A stretch of 64,000 nucleotides of DNA from Macrostomum hystrix (GCA_950097015.1 CATNEN010000001.1:5828001-5892000), one strand, 5' to 3'. Shown: positions 23,301 to 35,950, counted from the first letter of the stretch. The notes: generated by a model not told the origin, from the letters alone. Made by a program: numbers and translations.

Positions 23301-26300
23301 AATGTGAGCAAATAAATGAAAAAGCGAATAGAACTGGAACAAAAAATACAGAAAAAATTATTAGGATGTTGATGGCATAAAAATCAAAGCATGATAATTA
23401 AGTCAACTATGTTTAAGGAAAAAATTGGGCCTACTCTGCGGCATTAGCACTGTCTTTTTTTGCGAACGGGGCTTTTTTCAACCAACGCTGAACTGCATCG
23501 ATAACAGCTTCTCGACTCGCATCAGGTTGACTTAAACGAGTCAGTTTGAGAATGTAGTCAAAGGTTTTTGGAAATTCATCTCTTAGTGAAGCTTTTTCCG
23601 AAGCCCGATTTGTCCCAGCCCAATTCAGAACCTTTGCCACATTGACTGAAATGGTTGTCTTACATGCCATGTACGTGGCAGATCGCACATCTGAACCACC
23701 GATCCGACCGATTGAATTCAGAACGACATTTTCATTTTCATTTAGGTGCTCTTCGAACAATTTTAGATCACCAATTGTTCCAATTGGTAAATGGCAAGGA
23801 AGTTGCTGAAGCACGTTTGCAGAACTTATCTGCTGTTTTGAAATGAGATTGCGAAGCATTTGATTGTTTTCTCTAACCAAGACAAACGTCGCACAAAGAA
23901 GACGGAGGTGACTAGGACCAGTTGTTGCGTCTCTGTTTGCTCCACGTTCTGCCAATAGCTCAGTGGCAATAGATTCAAAGGCCTCATTGCTGATGCCGAA
24001 ATCAGCATTCCTGGCTGCGGAATTTCTGGCGCTTGCACCTCTTGGCGTTAATGTCACGTCTAGAGAGTCTAAGAGCTTCGGTTGAGTTGAAGCAGTAGCC
24101 ACGGTTGTTGCAACGTTGCTAGGCGTCACCCCCGCAGCAGCCACGGTTGTCGCAACGTTGCTAGGCGTCACCCCCGCAGCAGCCACGGTTGTCGCAACGT
24201 TGCTAGGCGTCAACCCCGCAGCAGCCACGGTTGTCGCAACGTTGCTAGGCGTCAACCCCGCAGCAGCCACGGTTGTCGCAACGTTGCTAGGCGTCAACCC
24301 CGCAGCAGCCACGGTTGTCGCAACGTTGCTAGGCGTCACCCCCGCAGCAGCCACGGTTGTCGCAACGTTGCTAGGCGTCACCGCAGCAGCCGACTTGGGT
24401 GTCGTAGTCGCGTCCATGAAAGTGGCAGCTGCAGATCCCAGTGGCAGACTCTGATTGTAAGCGGTCATTACTCTTACATAAAGAGGTGGCGGCACTGGAT
24501 CATCGTCATCACTAGTCTGTTCATATCTTGAGATGCTCGTGTCACTGCTTCTTTTATTCGCAGGATGTTTGTCGATTAACCTGGATTCTGCATTTGATAA
24601 GCACGGGAAAATAATTTCAAGTCAATACATTAGGAAAAATGCATTATAGTATATCCACCTGAAAACATACCTTCAGGACGTCTTCTTTTCCTAGCCAATT
24701 CATGATCTGAGTCGCTGCAAGAGAGACTTGAAAATTGGTACTTCTTTTCCTTATCGACAGCAGTCGCATATTCATCTGAAGTTAAACGAATTGTTTAAAC
24801 ACTTTAAACGATAGCTAAAAAATTGTTTCTTGAAAATAAAAGCAAAGTTACACTTACTACTTCGAAATACGATTTTGAATTCATGATATTCGTCCCAGTT
24901 AGCCATTGGGCTCTTAGAATACATTTTCCGATGGTCATCACTGGCAGGTGGGAAGTAAACTGTGTTAGAATTGGAATCAAGCCAGGTGCTAGGAATTACA
25001 GCAATGGTTCCTTCAGCAAAGCTAACAACAAGCCAATTTTTCTCCATGTGAATCTGGAAAGTCAAGGCGAAGAGGAATGATAACATATCCTTTCTTTACA
25101 GGAAAACCGCAAGCCTTGTCCAATATGCAATCATCAGTGACATCGAATGGTGCTCCAAAACAGCCATCTTTGACAAAAAATATTCCTACAGCTGAACTTT
25201 TTATTGGATAGGAATAAAAATCTTCTTTCTGTGTAAATTCCATCACCTTGAACTTAGCAGGCAAAACTTCAGTAACAAGACAGACTTGAAGAGTCCTTGT
25301 GATAATAAAACAATCTCTGCTGTTAACTCTTATTGTACTCTTGTGAGATGGTACGGCAAGCTCAGCCCTGGACCTTTTTGTCATCAAATATTCACCAGTC
25401 CGATTTCTCAGTTGAGCAATCACTTGATTACCACTGCATAGTCTGTTCTTTAGAATCTGCAAAAAACTTTCAAATCGAAAAGCAGAAAATGCATCTACTG
25501 CACCAAATTTTTCACAGTCATTTGGCAAATGAATCAGAGAATGAACTATGTTTGAGACAAATCCACGTCCATACAATCCAGATGACTTTGTAACAAATTC
25601 TTTTAGCAGATTGGTTGCAGCAACAACATTTACACTTAGCATTGCAGATTTACCACAAAGAAGATGCATTGCAATGTGAAAGTATAGAAAATGAGGATAA
25701 ATGTCCTTTGGAATACTAGCATCATTTAAAACAATGATTCCATAATAGAGAATAAATGATCGGAATTCAGCTCCTTTCCAATAGCAAAGCTCATTAAGCC
25801 CTCGTGGCTTTCGGCAAAATTCTGATGGGACATGTGATTTTAATGAAACTAAATTGGCAGATAAAGTCTTAATAGCCTGACTTGGCATTCGGACCTTGTA
25901 TGGGCCCTCTTTTATCCAGAAATACATCATCCTTCTCATAACACCAAGATATGCCACATGAAGAACATCAAGTGGAAATGATGCAACCATGTCAATTGAA
26001 TTTAATTCAAGAAATGGTGATAATCCATTGGCTTCATTATGGTGATCCTCATCAATTTGCAGTCGAAATTCAAGATCAGTTCGTAGATCAGCATTAACTT
26101 CATCAAAGACAATGCAACTTCTTTCCTCACATCGAGTACCTTCTACTTTACATTTGTCACAACTATGATAACCAGTTGGATACTTAGTGCACTTCAATAA
26201 GCACCTAGCTGGTGCATCACAAATTATTGCCTTTGTTAAAATTGCATAATGATGACCACAATAATCAAATCCACTTGAAATTAGATGATTCAATTCTTTA

Positions 26301-29300
26301 ATCAGTTCAGAACACAGTTGTTTGGGATTTGGCTTATCTCTTGAATAATAGAACTGGATGACAAAAGGTTCAGATTGTAATTCAGGAACAAAACCAAGAA
26401 TAGGCCAGCACTGGTAGCCAGAACTTTTGAAAAAACTGATTCCATCAATATTTAGGAATAGAGTCAACTGATTAGATTTGGTATGTATGCTTGATAAAGA
26501 ATTATCTATTATAGATTCAATTGCAGACTGTACACCAACATAATAGATATCTTTAGAACAGTAATATGACTTTGCATTAGTGCTATGAGCCAACAATGTT
26601 GATGCTGTCAATGGAAGATCCAAATTTGGAAAATGTTTAGCATGTAGATGCAGTAAAGACGTAATATGTACTTGACTCACTTTGGCTTCAACAACCCATG
26701 CAGCCAAGTCATCTTTGAAGCTACTTTGGACTTTGTCATAAGACTCTGACCTTTCTGATAAGTCTGATAAAAATTCTTTTGTAATGTCTACAAAATGTTG
26801 TAGCAATGTGTCTTCATGTTCAAAATGGTCAACATCAGAAGTATCTTCCACCTCAATAAGGTGAAGACCATTATTAGAAAACTCTTCTAAGACAAAGTTG
26901 CTCAAAATCTTGTCAATGTCAATATCAATATCTGACAAACAAATGCCACTAGATGATTCATCTTGAAGTGGGTATAAATAGTAAATTTGTTGAGACAATG
27001 AATTTTCTATATGTTTCTCTTGGTCTTTTATTTTAGCTTCAATTTCATTAATACTTCGCTTTAGTTGCCTTTGGTTCATTTACATCTGGAATTCAAAATT
27101 AGTCAATTGTTTTAAATCAATCTTACAATGTCTATCACATTGAAAAAATATTATGATGATTGTACTAAGGTGCCAACTGTTAGGCCTAAGTTAAATTTAT
27201 TTAGTAATATGAATAAGCTACATATAAAAAGTTGCTTTAGATATAAATAATAGATAGAAAATAATACTAACATAATAGATATTAACATACTATATAGACA
27301 CTGGCTACAATAGGGCAAACAGTTATTTAGACAAAATAATTATTTCAACAGATTTTATTTCATTGCCTAAAACAAAAATAACATTTTATAAAATTATGTT
27401 ATAAAATAACATTTACATTTACAAATAACGATAACATAAACATTTTTCTTAAACTATCTGTCTATATTTTTAGTTTTTGTAGCTGAATATCTAGATTATA
27501 GAATATAATAGAATATTCCGCTAGTTCAATAAGGATTTAATTTAAAATTTCATTGACGGCCATCTTGATTTTTGTATTATAAGAAAATTCATATTTCTTT
27601 TGCAACTTTTTTTATTTCTGCCTAAATCTCCAAATTAAAATAATAACTAAATTATTATCTATTAAGTTATTAGACTAAAAATTGATTTTACAGTTTGGAA
27701 TTATTGTTAATTTTTAGTTACCGCATTAACGTTACATAAAAATCTTATAAATAACGAGAAGCAAACGTTAGTCCTAACGTTAGCATGGACTAGGGTTTAT
27801 GCTCACTGCAAGGCGTTCCGCGATGGTGCTACAGGATGTGGTGACGCGCCGAGGTCAGGTCGCCCCCGCACGTCAACGGATGACAACAGCAAACAAATTG
27901 TCCGTGATTACCTCTGCGCCAATCCTTCTGCCACATTGCGTGAAGTTGAGCAGGTCTGTAGCATCTCCATTGCTTCTGTGAGCCGCATCCTCAAGGAGAT
28001 AAACTGGTCGAGAGTCTGTGCCAAGTGGGTGCCGCGTGAGTTGACCCTGGACCACAAAAGAAAGCGAATTCACTGTGCAACGGAGAACTTGCAGTTGTGG
28101 CAGCAACTTGGTGATCAGGAGTTTAAACGACTTCTCATCAGTATGGATGAGACACCACTGCCAATGTTTAATCCACTGACTAAGCAGCTGTCCATGCAGT
28201 GGGGGCCCAGGGGCCGTCAGCCACACACAAAGCCAATGAATTCGGCATGGACACGCAACATCATGTGCACCGTGTGGTTTGACGCCTGTGGGGTTCTGAT
28301 GGTCGACTACCTGCCAGACAAGGCCACCATCAATGCTGCATACGTGCAAGATCAAGTTGCTCGTCTGCGTGAAGTCATCCTCCAGAAGCGACGCATCATG
28401 CGCGCCAGGCCCTTCATCTTGTGGGACAACGCTCGCCCTCACGTCGCCGCGGCCACCACATGGAAAGTGGAAGAGCTCGGCTTTCGGCTGCTTAATCATC
28501 CAACTTATTCACCAGACCTCGCCATTGCTGACTTTCACTTGTTTGGAGTAATGAAGAAGCCCATGCGAGGTCGCGTCTTCACCAGTCGACAGGAAGTCAT
28601 TGCGGCGGCCAACGAATCTCTCCATGCGCTGCCTGCGAGTTTTTGGGGGGAGGGAATCGACAAACTGCTGCATCGCTATGAGAAGTGTATCCAGCTCAAT
28701 GGCAGCTTTGTGGAACGTGCTGAAATCGCTGAAGAAATGGACGAAGGCGCTGATTTTTGACACAACAAACACGTTCACCTGTTCACTCTTTTCCACAGAC
28801 AAAAATCGTAATTTTTAATCTCGAGGTCTGGACTTCAATGTGAGATTTCACTGGTGCATGTAGACCGACAGGGTTGCAACTGAAGCTGTGTGCTGTCCAT
28901 ATTTGCAAAATTACAGGGTAAAAATTTCAAGTTAAAAAGTTTATCCATTAAAAAGTTATGACTAAATTCTCGTTATTTTTGAAACACCCCTCGTATATTA
29001 TAAAACTAAATTTGCTAAACAAATCGAGACAAATTGAGTACAAATGTTTTTCAATGTCCCTATCAGGTTGACGCCGAAGGTGACAAAGTGAACTACGAAC
29101 AGTACGACAGTCGAGCCGGAGCTCAAACAGGCCCTGTGTCGCCAGATGGACTGAGACAACCGCAGCCGCAACAGTTGGCGCCTAGCAATGGGTCTGTTAG
29201 ATCGCCTCGACCTAGACCGGTTAGTCATTTATTAACTTATTGTCTATCTGTTTGTCTTTATCTGTCAATAAATGTGTCTGTTTGTCTTGGTTCCTTGTAT

Positions 29301-31675
29301 TTGTTATCTTCAAGCATGCGTCTTTCTGTTATATGCTCTTGTGCCTACAAGACAATATTAAGCTCTGCATTCACTCAAAATATTGATTGTATTAATGTAC
29401 TGAGTGTGCTTGCTTGCTTAATGGGGTCACCCAGTGGTTATAGAGCCTCAAAGTAACTTAGAGATCCGGTGCTCGAAGCTTAATTTCCTATCGCTTTAGT
29501 TCATCGCTTCCTGGACTGTACACAGAGTTATCCCAATATGACCTGAACTGTACAGAGTTATCCCAATATGCCCTGGACTGTACACAGTTATCCGAATATG
29601 CCCTGGACTGTACACAGTTATCCGAATATGCCCTGGACTGTACACAGTTATCCGAATATGCCCTGGACTGTACACAGTTATCCGAATATGCCCTGGACTG
29701 TACACAGTTATCCCAATATGCCCTGGACTGTACACAATTATCCCAATATGCCCTGGACTGTACACAGAGTTATCCCAATATGCCCTGGACTGTGCACAGT
29801 TATCCCAATATGCCCTGGACTGTGCACAGTTATCCCAATATGCCCTGGACTGTACACAGAGTTATCCCAATATGACCTGAACTGTACAGAGTTATCCCAA
29901 TATGCCCTGGACTGTACACAGTTATCCGAATATGCCCTGGACTGTACACAATTATCCCAATATGCCCTGGACTGTACACAGAGTTATCCCAATATGCCCT
30001 GGACTGTGCACAGTTATCCCAATATGCCCTGGACTGTGCACAGTTATCCGAATATGCCCTGGACTGTACACAGTTATCCGAATATGCCCTGGACTGTACA
30101 CAGTTATCCGAATATGCCCTGGACTGTACACAGTTATCCCAATATGCCCTGGACTGTACACAATTATCCCAATATGCCCTGGACTGTACACAGAGTTATC
30201 CCAATATGCCCTGGACTGTGCACAGTTATCCCAATATGCCCTGGACTGTGCACAGTTATCCCAATATGCCCTGGACTGTACACAGAGTTATCCCAATATG
30301 ACCTGAACTGTACACAGTTATCCGAATATGCCCTGGACTGTACACAGTTATCCGAATATGCCCTGGACTGTACACAGTTATCCCAAAATTCCCCCGGACT
30401 GTACACAATTATCCCAATATGCCCTGGACTGTACACAGAGTTATCCCAATATGCCCTGGACTGTGCACAGTTATCCCAATATGCCCTGGACTGTGCACAG
30501 TTATCCCAATATGCCCTGGACTGTACACAGAGTTATCCCAATATGCCCTGGACTATACACAGAGTTATCCCAATATGACCTGAACTGTACACAGTTATCC
30601 GAATATGACCTGGACTGTACAGAGTTATTCCAATATGCCCTGGACTGTACACAGTTATCCCAATATGCCCTGGACTGTACACAATTATCCCAATATGCCC
30701 TGGACTGTACACAGAGTTATCCCAATATGCCCTGGACTGTGCACAGTTATCCCAATATGCCCTGGACTGTGCACAGTTATCCCAATATGCCCTGGACTGT
30801 ACACAGAGTTATCCCAATATGACCTGAACTGTACAGAGTTATCCCAATATGCCCTGGACTGTACACAGTTATCCGAATATGCCCTGGACTGTACACAATT
30901 ATCCCAATATGCCCTGGACTGTACACAGAGTTATCCCAATATGCCCTGGACTGTGCACAGTTATCCCAATATGCCCTGGACTGTGCACAGTTATCCGAAT
31001 ATGCCCTGGACTGTACACAGTTATCCGAATATGCCCTGGACTGTACACAGTTATCCGAATATGCCCTGGACTGTACACAGTTATCCCAATATGACCTGCA
31101 CTGTACACAGAGTAATCCTACTGAAATCCTCACCGCAGGCGATCATTGGCAGTCCAGATCCAGCTGGTCAAGAGCCCCTGCTGTCGCAGCCACCGTTTCA
31201 TTTACGTCGCCAGCAGCAGCAGCAGCCGCAGCAGCAGCAGCCGCAGCAGCAGCAGCAGCAGCACAACTCGGCGGTGTCGCCAAATTTACCAGACACAATC
31301 ACAGATCTGTTCGATTCGGCACCGCAGACTCCCCAGCATCAGCAGCAGCCAGATGCGATCATTAGGCAGTCTCTACCGCCGCCGCAGTCAATGCCACCGC
31401 CTGCTAGACGACTGGCACAACATCCGCACTATCAGCAGCAGCTGCGGTCCAGAATGCCACACGGCTATGGTAATTACCAGTCGCAGGGCAATCACTATAG
31501 CATTGGAATGGCGCCAAGGGCTAGCATGGAGACACTGAGCAGTAGGCCGGGCAGTATGGCATTCGGTAATAACTCAGGCCCAGTATCCCAGGCGCCTCCG
31601 ATGACGGCACTGCAAATGTCGCCATATTTCAACGAAGATGACGACGCTATTGAAAGGCGGGTTTTGTCCTTCTGA
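11344..31675 (+). CDS. DHHC palmitoyltransferase, ZDHHC5/8 family, ~510 aa, 6 exons
   Basis: Exons are 11344-11435, 13203-13445 ([25 protein letters not shown]), 15641-15953 ([50 protein letters not shown]), 17710-17904 ([18 protein letters not shown]), 29067-29219 and 31139-31675 (Q/P-rich tail). Introns are GT-AG and the exons sum to 1533 nt in frame. The DPG, DHHC-CRD and TTxE motifs match ZDHHC5/8. The last two exons rest on splice signals and frame only. Confidence 0.92.
13485..15375. repeat. 33-bp minisatellite with ~330-bp higher-order blocks in ZDHHC intron 2
   Basis: Unit TTTTAAAGTGCATGTTGGGTGAGAGGATTCTGA, about 57 copies. The variant TTTAAAGGTGAATGTGGATT recurs at 13621, 13951 and 14611. 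Confidence 0.97.
15972..16750. repeat. 26-bp minisatellite starting ~20 nt after the ZDHHC exon 3 donor
   Basis: About 30 copies of AACAGGTTTCTCTGTGTTCAGTGTCT. Confidence 0.96.
17162..17668. repeat. 30-bp minisatellite ending ~40 nt before ZDHHC exon 4
   Basis: About 17 copies of CTCAGATTGAGTCTGTCACTCATCCAGATC. The unit sequence changes gradually along the array. Confidence 0.93.
18176..19601 (-). mobile_element. Defective Tc1/IS630-like (DDE_3) DNA transposon
   Basis: TA is present on both sides (18174-75 and 19602-03). The imperfect ~55-bp TIRs read TACCTTTTTGC..CCAAAACTGCRATCAA.TTTGCCCA. Minus-strand fragments include an HTH region (..[21 protein letters not shown]) and a DDE region ([20 protein letters not shown]). 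The element has an internal deletion, a frameshift and a 62-bp tandem expansion. Confidence 0.85.
19115..19496. repeat. 61-63-bp tandem repeat inside the Tc1-like transposase 5' end
   Basis: About 6 copies, bounded by the direct repeat GAAATCTTG. Confidence 0.93.
19915..21630. repeat. 23-bp minisatellite (TCAGGGTGTTTAGATCRGTTWAT) in ZDHHC intron 4
   Basis: About 74 tandem copies, with larger duplicated blocks. Confidence 0.97.
23431..25047 (-). CDS. EnSpm accessory ORF2 (DUF4806-like C-terminus), ~483 aa, 3 exons
   Basis: Exons are 25047-24858 ([23 protein letters not shown]), 24775-24671 (contains the NLS-like RKRRRP) and 24587-23431. Introns are GT-AG and the exons total 1452 nt in frame. 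The C-terminal [27 protein letters not shown] pattern is typical of second ORFs of animal CACTA elements; the domain name is recalled, not searched. Confidence 0.72.
24095..24390. repeat. 42-bp coding minisatellite in EnSpm ORF2 ([15 protein letters not shown] x ~7)
   Basis: In-frame tandem repeat visible in both the DNA and the protein. Confidence 0.93.
25022..27079 (-). CDS. CACTA/EnSpm-type transposase, 685 aa
   Basis: Uninterrupted ORF with the animal EnSpm motifs [61 protein letters not shown] and SAFRFES. Confidence 0.9.
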   Translation of the reverse strand: MNQRQLKRSINEIEAKIKDQEKHIENSLSQQIYYLYPLQDESSSGICLSDIDIDIDKILSNFVLEEFSNNGLHLIEVEDTSDVDHFEHEDTLLQHFVDITKEFLSDLSERSESYDKVQSSFKDDLAAWVVEAKVSQVHITSLLHLHAKHFPNLDLPLTASTLLAHSTNAKSYYCSKDIYYVGVQSAIESIIDNSLSSIHTKSNQLTLFLNIDGISFFKSSGYQCWPILGFVPELQSEPFVIQFYYSRDKPNPKQLCSELIKELNHLISSGFDYCGHHYAILTKAIICDAPARCLLKCTKYPTGYHSCDKCKVEGTRCEERSCIVFDEVNADLRTDLEFRLQIDEDHHNEANGLSPFLELNSIDMVASFPLDVLHVAYLGVMRRMMYFWIKEGPYKVRMPSQAIKTLSANLVSLKSHVPSEFCRKPRGLNELCYWKGAEFRSFILYYGIIVLNDASIPKDIYPHFLYFHIAMHLLCGKSAMLSVNVVAATNLLKEFVTKSSGLYGRGFVSNIVHSLIHLPNDCEKFGAVDAFSAFRFESFLQILKNRLCSGNQVIAQLRNRTGEYLMTKRSRAELAVPSHKSTIRVNSRDCFIITRTLQVCLVTEVLPAKFKVMEFTQKEDFYSYPIKSSAVGIFFVKDGCFGAPFDVTDDCILDKACGFPVKKGYVIIPLRLDFPDSHGEKLACC
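29510..31115. repeat. 30/32-bp minisatellite in ZDHHC intron 5
   Basis: Unit TATCCCAATATGCCCTGGACTGTACACAGT, about 52 copies, ending ~25 nt before the exon 6 acceptor. Confidence 0.97.
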
Positions 31676-34600
31676 GACCAGATAAGCTCGACTAATTATA
31701 GGTTTTTATAAATCAGTTTTTGCGTGCTAAGATTTATGAGATAGTTGCCACCCCCCTGTTTCATTTTTTATCTTTGTTTTTTTAACTTGAGCGTCGATAA
31801 AAAAACGTTAACTAATTACTTGTCCGATAAATATATAATTACCATGTACGAGCTAGCTTCTTGAAAGTACCATTTTATTTCATTTGCTAGGCAATTTCTA
31901 TTGTTTCATCGTTGAGTTTCGTCCTAATTAAAACCTTTTCTATTTGCTACTTACTCATTTTCGTATCATATTTTTTGCATGTATTTAAGCGACATAATCG
32001 GCTGATACTACTGGCGCAGTTGCAATGGTTATGACTGTTATATAAGTAGTATGCGAAGAGTTATAGTTTTGATATCAAATTGGCGTTGTCATTGTTGATA
32101 ATTTAATGTAGTTTGATTGTTTCGCAATTCATTTTGTAGGCCAAATTACTGTTTTAAATAAAAAAAGCTTCCATTTTAACAAAAACCTTGTTAGTAGTAT
32201 GTTGAGACAGTTTTTTACTTTTTTTCTTTTATTAGCTCTTTGTTATTGGACGTTTAATTAAGATTTTTGTTTTCTAAATACGTTTTTTAAGATTTTTTCC
32301 TTTCTAAAAACTCTAAACCTCTACCTAAGCATATGTCTAGCATGTTACAGGTAAATAGACGAATTCTAACAGGTTACAAGTATTTAGTATGTGTGGAACA
32401 GATATAGATTAAATTTCACATAAATATGTAATCTAGTGTATTTACGTATACTACTGCAAGTAGACTAAATGTAGCACGCCGAATAAAATTTTGATTTTCG
32501 TTAATTTTTGGTGCTTCTTAATATTTTCATTATTTACCTTTTTTAGCTGATGTCATTTATTTTTATCAGTCATTTAACAATATTTAAAATCACACCCAGT
32601 TGCTTTTCATGATAGCGCTCAGAATTTCCATTCCACAACCAACTTAAAATCGTAAATCGAAAATGTGCCGCGAACATTTGTCATCTAGGGAATTTTGACA
32701 GGTTTTAATAAGCATAAAACGCGCATTATATGCTACTCACCGCTTTGTCTGCAGTAGTAGTATGAGTTTATTTATGGTTATTTATTTTGACTTATTTATT
32801 TTTCTAATGCCACATTTCAGCCTTCTCTTTCTAAGCTCAAGCTTTCTTTGTGTTGCTTTTTTATTTTGAAAAGTAAAATAATGTAGACGCCACTCTATAT
32901 ACCTGTCAGTTTGTTGCACTGTGAATTAAATAAATGGTCGGATAATACTGAAATGGATTCACACGCGCGCAAAATTAAATAAACATGCAAGTTTGTGATC
33001 CAAGGTTCTGTTCATAGTGAGTATTTATAAACATTATCAGAAATCTAAATTAGTTGTTTATCAGTTTATAACAAAAGCAGCGATGCGGGGAGAGACGCTT
33101 ATCGAAATCAGACTTGTCAGTGGTTCAACTGCTGATAGACTATGATTAGTAGGATATCATCTGTATCTAACAGGTGAAGCACCGACTGTCTGTTATGAAG
33201 ATTTTTTCGAATTCAAATCAAAAATGTAAATATGGTTTCTATAGGGAATCGGGCCAATGTCACGTATCGACCCTTACCTGTCTCAGTTGGCTGCAGACCA
33301 TCGGTGGATTTCTAGATTTTTTTATTCCTTTTTTTTGTTTCTCTGGGTTTTCGAAAATGAAAATTGGCATATCAAAAGCAACAGGTTTGACTAATTTATA
33401 TAATGCGCCCATAGGGAAACACAAGCAGATGCGGAGGCAAAGGTAGGGGGTGCAGACCGATGGAGAGGCAGATTTTCGCGCTCGTTTTGGTCTTTTATTT
33501 CCTGACAAACCAGAGCAAGAAAGGAAACGAGAGGACAGGAAAGTATCGGGTGGGGGTTGAGGTTCGGAGGGGCAGGGATTCGAGCTGCCTTCACCTGTAC
33601 AGTGCTTAGTTGAGCATAGCGAAAATGGAGCATTGCTAATCAATACGAAATTGAACACACGGCAATCTGGTACAGGGAAATTCATCTGCTCAGCCTCTCA
33701 ATCTGTTTGTTGAGCTGATTAAACCCGATCTGCATACCGATACAAGGGACTTGAATATATGATTCGCACTCTGATTAATTGCTTCCGATGAGAGAAAACA
33801 AAAGTGTCTGATTCGTCATTAATACGAGTGCCTACCTGATCAACTACTAACAAGAGAAGAGAATCGTCTTGACGAGTTTCAAACTGGCAACTGCATTTCT
33901 CTGTGGATTGATAAACTAGGAAGCCAAGCGTGTTGAATTTAGCGACAATGACTGACGCAGCAGCAGCAGCGGGCAGTCCTAAAATATATTAATTTGTCAC
34001 ATCTTGCACACAATGGCATGCAGAGCTCCGAGTGGCTGTTTCATTTCACTTACATTTTCTCTCTTTATGCATTCATGCAGCTTGTATGTACGAGTATTTT
34101 CACTTTCTCTTTACAAACGAGTATAAACTATATTATTTGAGAACATGCTCAACCTCGTGCTCAACCACACAAGAGCTGTGCTACGAGTATGTGTGCGGTC
34201 AAATTACTATAGGACTAGAAATGCATAATTGATTGTATTAAAATGCGAGCCAGAAAGGGTGTGTTAAAACCATTGCTGAGTTTATAGTAATTGTATGCAC
34301 TGATTTCTAAGAATTATATACACAATCAATGATTTGTGGCTAACCTTTACAGCATTTCCTTTACCTGCATTGTCAACGCAAATATTTCACAACAGATGGT
34401 AGCTGGAATTACCGTCACTTCAAGACCTTTTCCTGGACAATGTCGAACTCAATATCCGTTAGACACTAGCTAGGTTTCTGCGTTCTGTTCCTGTACCCCA
34501 ATATAGCAGCAGCTGTGTAACAACTCGGCACTTTCGCCATCAGAGCTCTGTGTCAGTTTTCACACGAATTTGTGTGGCCAGGGTATTTCCGCTTGTTGGG

Positions 34601-34744
34601 TAATACATCCCTGACTTCTCACCTCACTACCCCACTCCTAACAAACTCACTTCACTCCTATCTACCCCATTCTTACTTCAATCCAGCTATCTACTCGATT
34701 TCTCACAATTAAACTCACTCCTCCCTAATCTACTTCATTTCTTC

Positions 34745-35330
34745 CTAATCTACCCCACTTCTGCCTAAACCAACCCCCACTTCTACCTAATGTACCCCCA
34801 CTTCTCCCGAATCTACCCCGCTTCTCCCTAATCTACCCCCACTCCTGCCTAATCTACCCCCACTTCTCCCTAATCTACCCCCACTTCTACCTAATCTACC
34901 CCCACTTCTCCCTAATCTACCCCCACTTCTACCTAATCTACCCCCACTTCTCCCTAATCTACCCCCACTTCTCCCTAATCTACCCCCACTTCTACCTAAT
35001 CTACCCCCACTTCTACCTAATCTACCCCCACTTCTACCTAATCTACCCCCACTTCTCCCTAATCTACCCCCACTTCTACCTAATCTACCCCCACTTCTCC
35101 CTAATCTACCCCCACTTCTACCTAATCTACCCCCACTTTTACCTAATCTACCCCCCCCCACTTCTACCTAATCTACCCCACTTCTACCTAATCTATCCCC
35201 ACTTCTCCCTAATCTACCCCCACTTTTACCTAATCTACCCCCCACTTCTACCTAATCTACCCCCACTTCTCCCTAATCTACCCCACTTCTCCCTAATCTA
35301 CGTCACTTCTACCTAATCTACCCCCACTTC
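34745..35330. repeat. 21-bp C-rich minisatellite (CTAATCTACCCCCACTTCTAC)
   Basis: About 27 copies, with degenerate copies upstream from ~34620. Confidence 0.95.
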
Positions 35331-35544
35331 TCCCACTAGTGCAACGAGTGTTTGCACTATTGCTAATTCGACTAGAGCAGTGCATGAATTTTTGGTGTTA
35401 GTTTAGCCATTAGCCAGTTTATAGTTTCAATATTCAGTATGTTGCACACGGGCAGTTGCATAGGTTAGTGCTGCGGTTAATGATAGAGAAAGATGAGATG
35501 ATCGAACAACAGTTATGGGGATAAAAAAGACAGTTTTAGGGTGA

Positions 35545-35950
35545 GAAAGACAGGTGAGGGGAGAGAAGAACAGGCAGGTGAGGGGAGAGAAGACAGGCAG
35601 GTGAGGGGAGAGAAGAACAGGCAGGTGAGGGGAGAGAAGAACAGGCAGGTGAGGGGAGAGAAGAACAGGCAGGTGAGGGGAGAGAAGACAGGCAGGTGAG
35701 GGGAGAGAAGAACAGGCAGGTGAGGGGAGAGAAGAACAGGCAGGTGAGGGGAGAGAAGAACAGGCAGGTGAGGGGAGAGAAGAACAGGCAGGTGAGGGGA
35801 GAGAAGAACAGGCAGGTGAGGGGAGAGAAGAACAGGCAGGTGAGGGGAGAGAAGACAGGCAGGTGAGGGGAGAGAAGAACAGGCAGGTGAGGGGAGAGAA
35901 GAACAGGCAGACCTGAGGGGAGAGAAGAACAGGCAGGTGAGGGGAGAGAA
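35545..35950. repeat. 24-bp purine-rich minisatellite (CAGGCAGGTGAGGGGAGAGAAGAA)
   Basis: About 17 copies. Confidence 0.95.

Larger units (their letters stand above)
22320..27795 (-). mobile_element. CACTA/EnSpm (CMC) DNA transposon, 5476 bp, apparently intact
   Basis: 10-bp TIR CCCTAGTCCA...TGGACTAGGG. 2-bp TSD TT at 22318-19 and 27796-97; removing the element restores the mariner frame. Multiple subterminal CGTTAG repeats. Two minus-strand genes. Confidence 0.9.
22167..28760 (+). pseudogene. Mariner transposase, split by an insertion and carrying a premature stop
   Basis: 22167-22319 ([50 protein letters not shown]) joins in frame to 27798 ([49 protein letters not shown]). There are 34 residues between the 2nd and 3rd Asp. 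TGA at 22197-22199. Confidence 0.92.
21774..28993 (+). mobile_element. Mariner (DD34D) transposon with 201-bp TIRs, interrupted by a CACTA/EnSpm element
   Basis: TA TSD at 21772-73 and 28994-95. TIRs at 21774-21974 and 28793-28993 (CGAGGGGTGTTTCAAAA...), with one mismatch seen. Transposase halves lie at 22167-22319 and 27798-28760. Confidence 0.96.
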
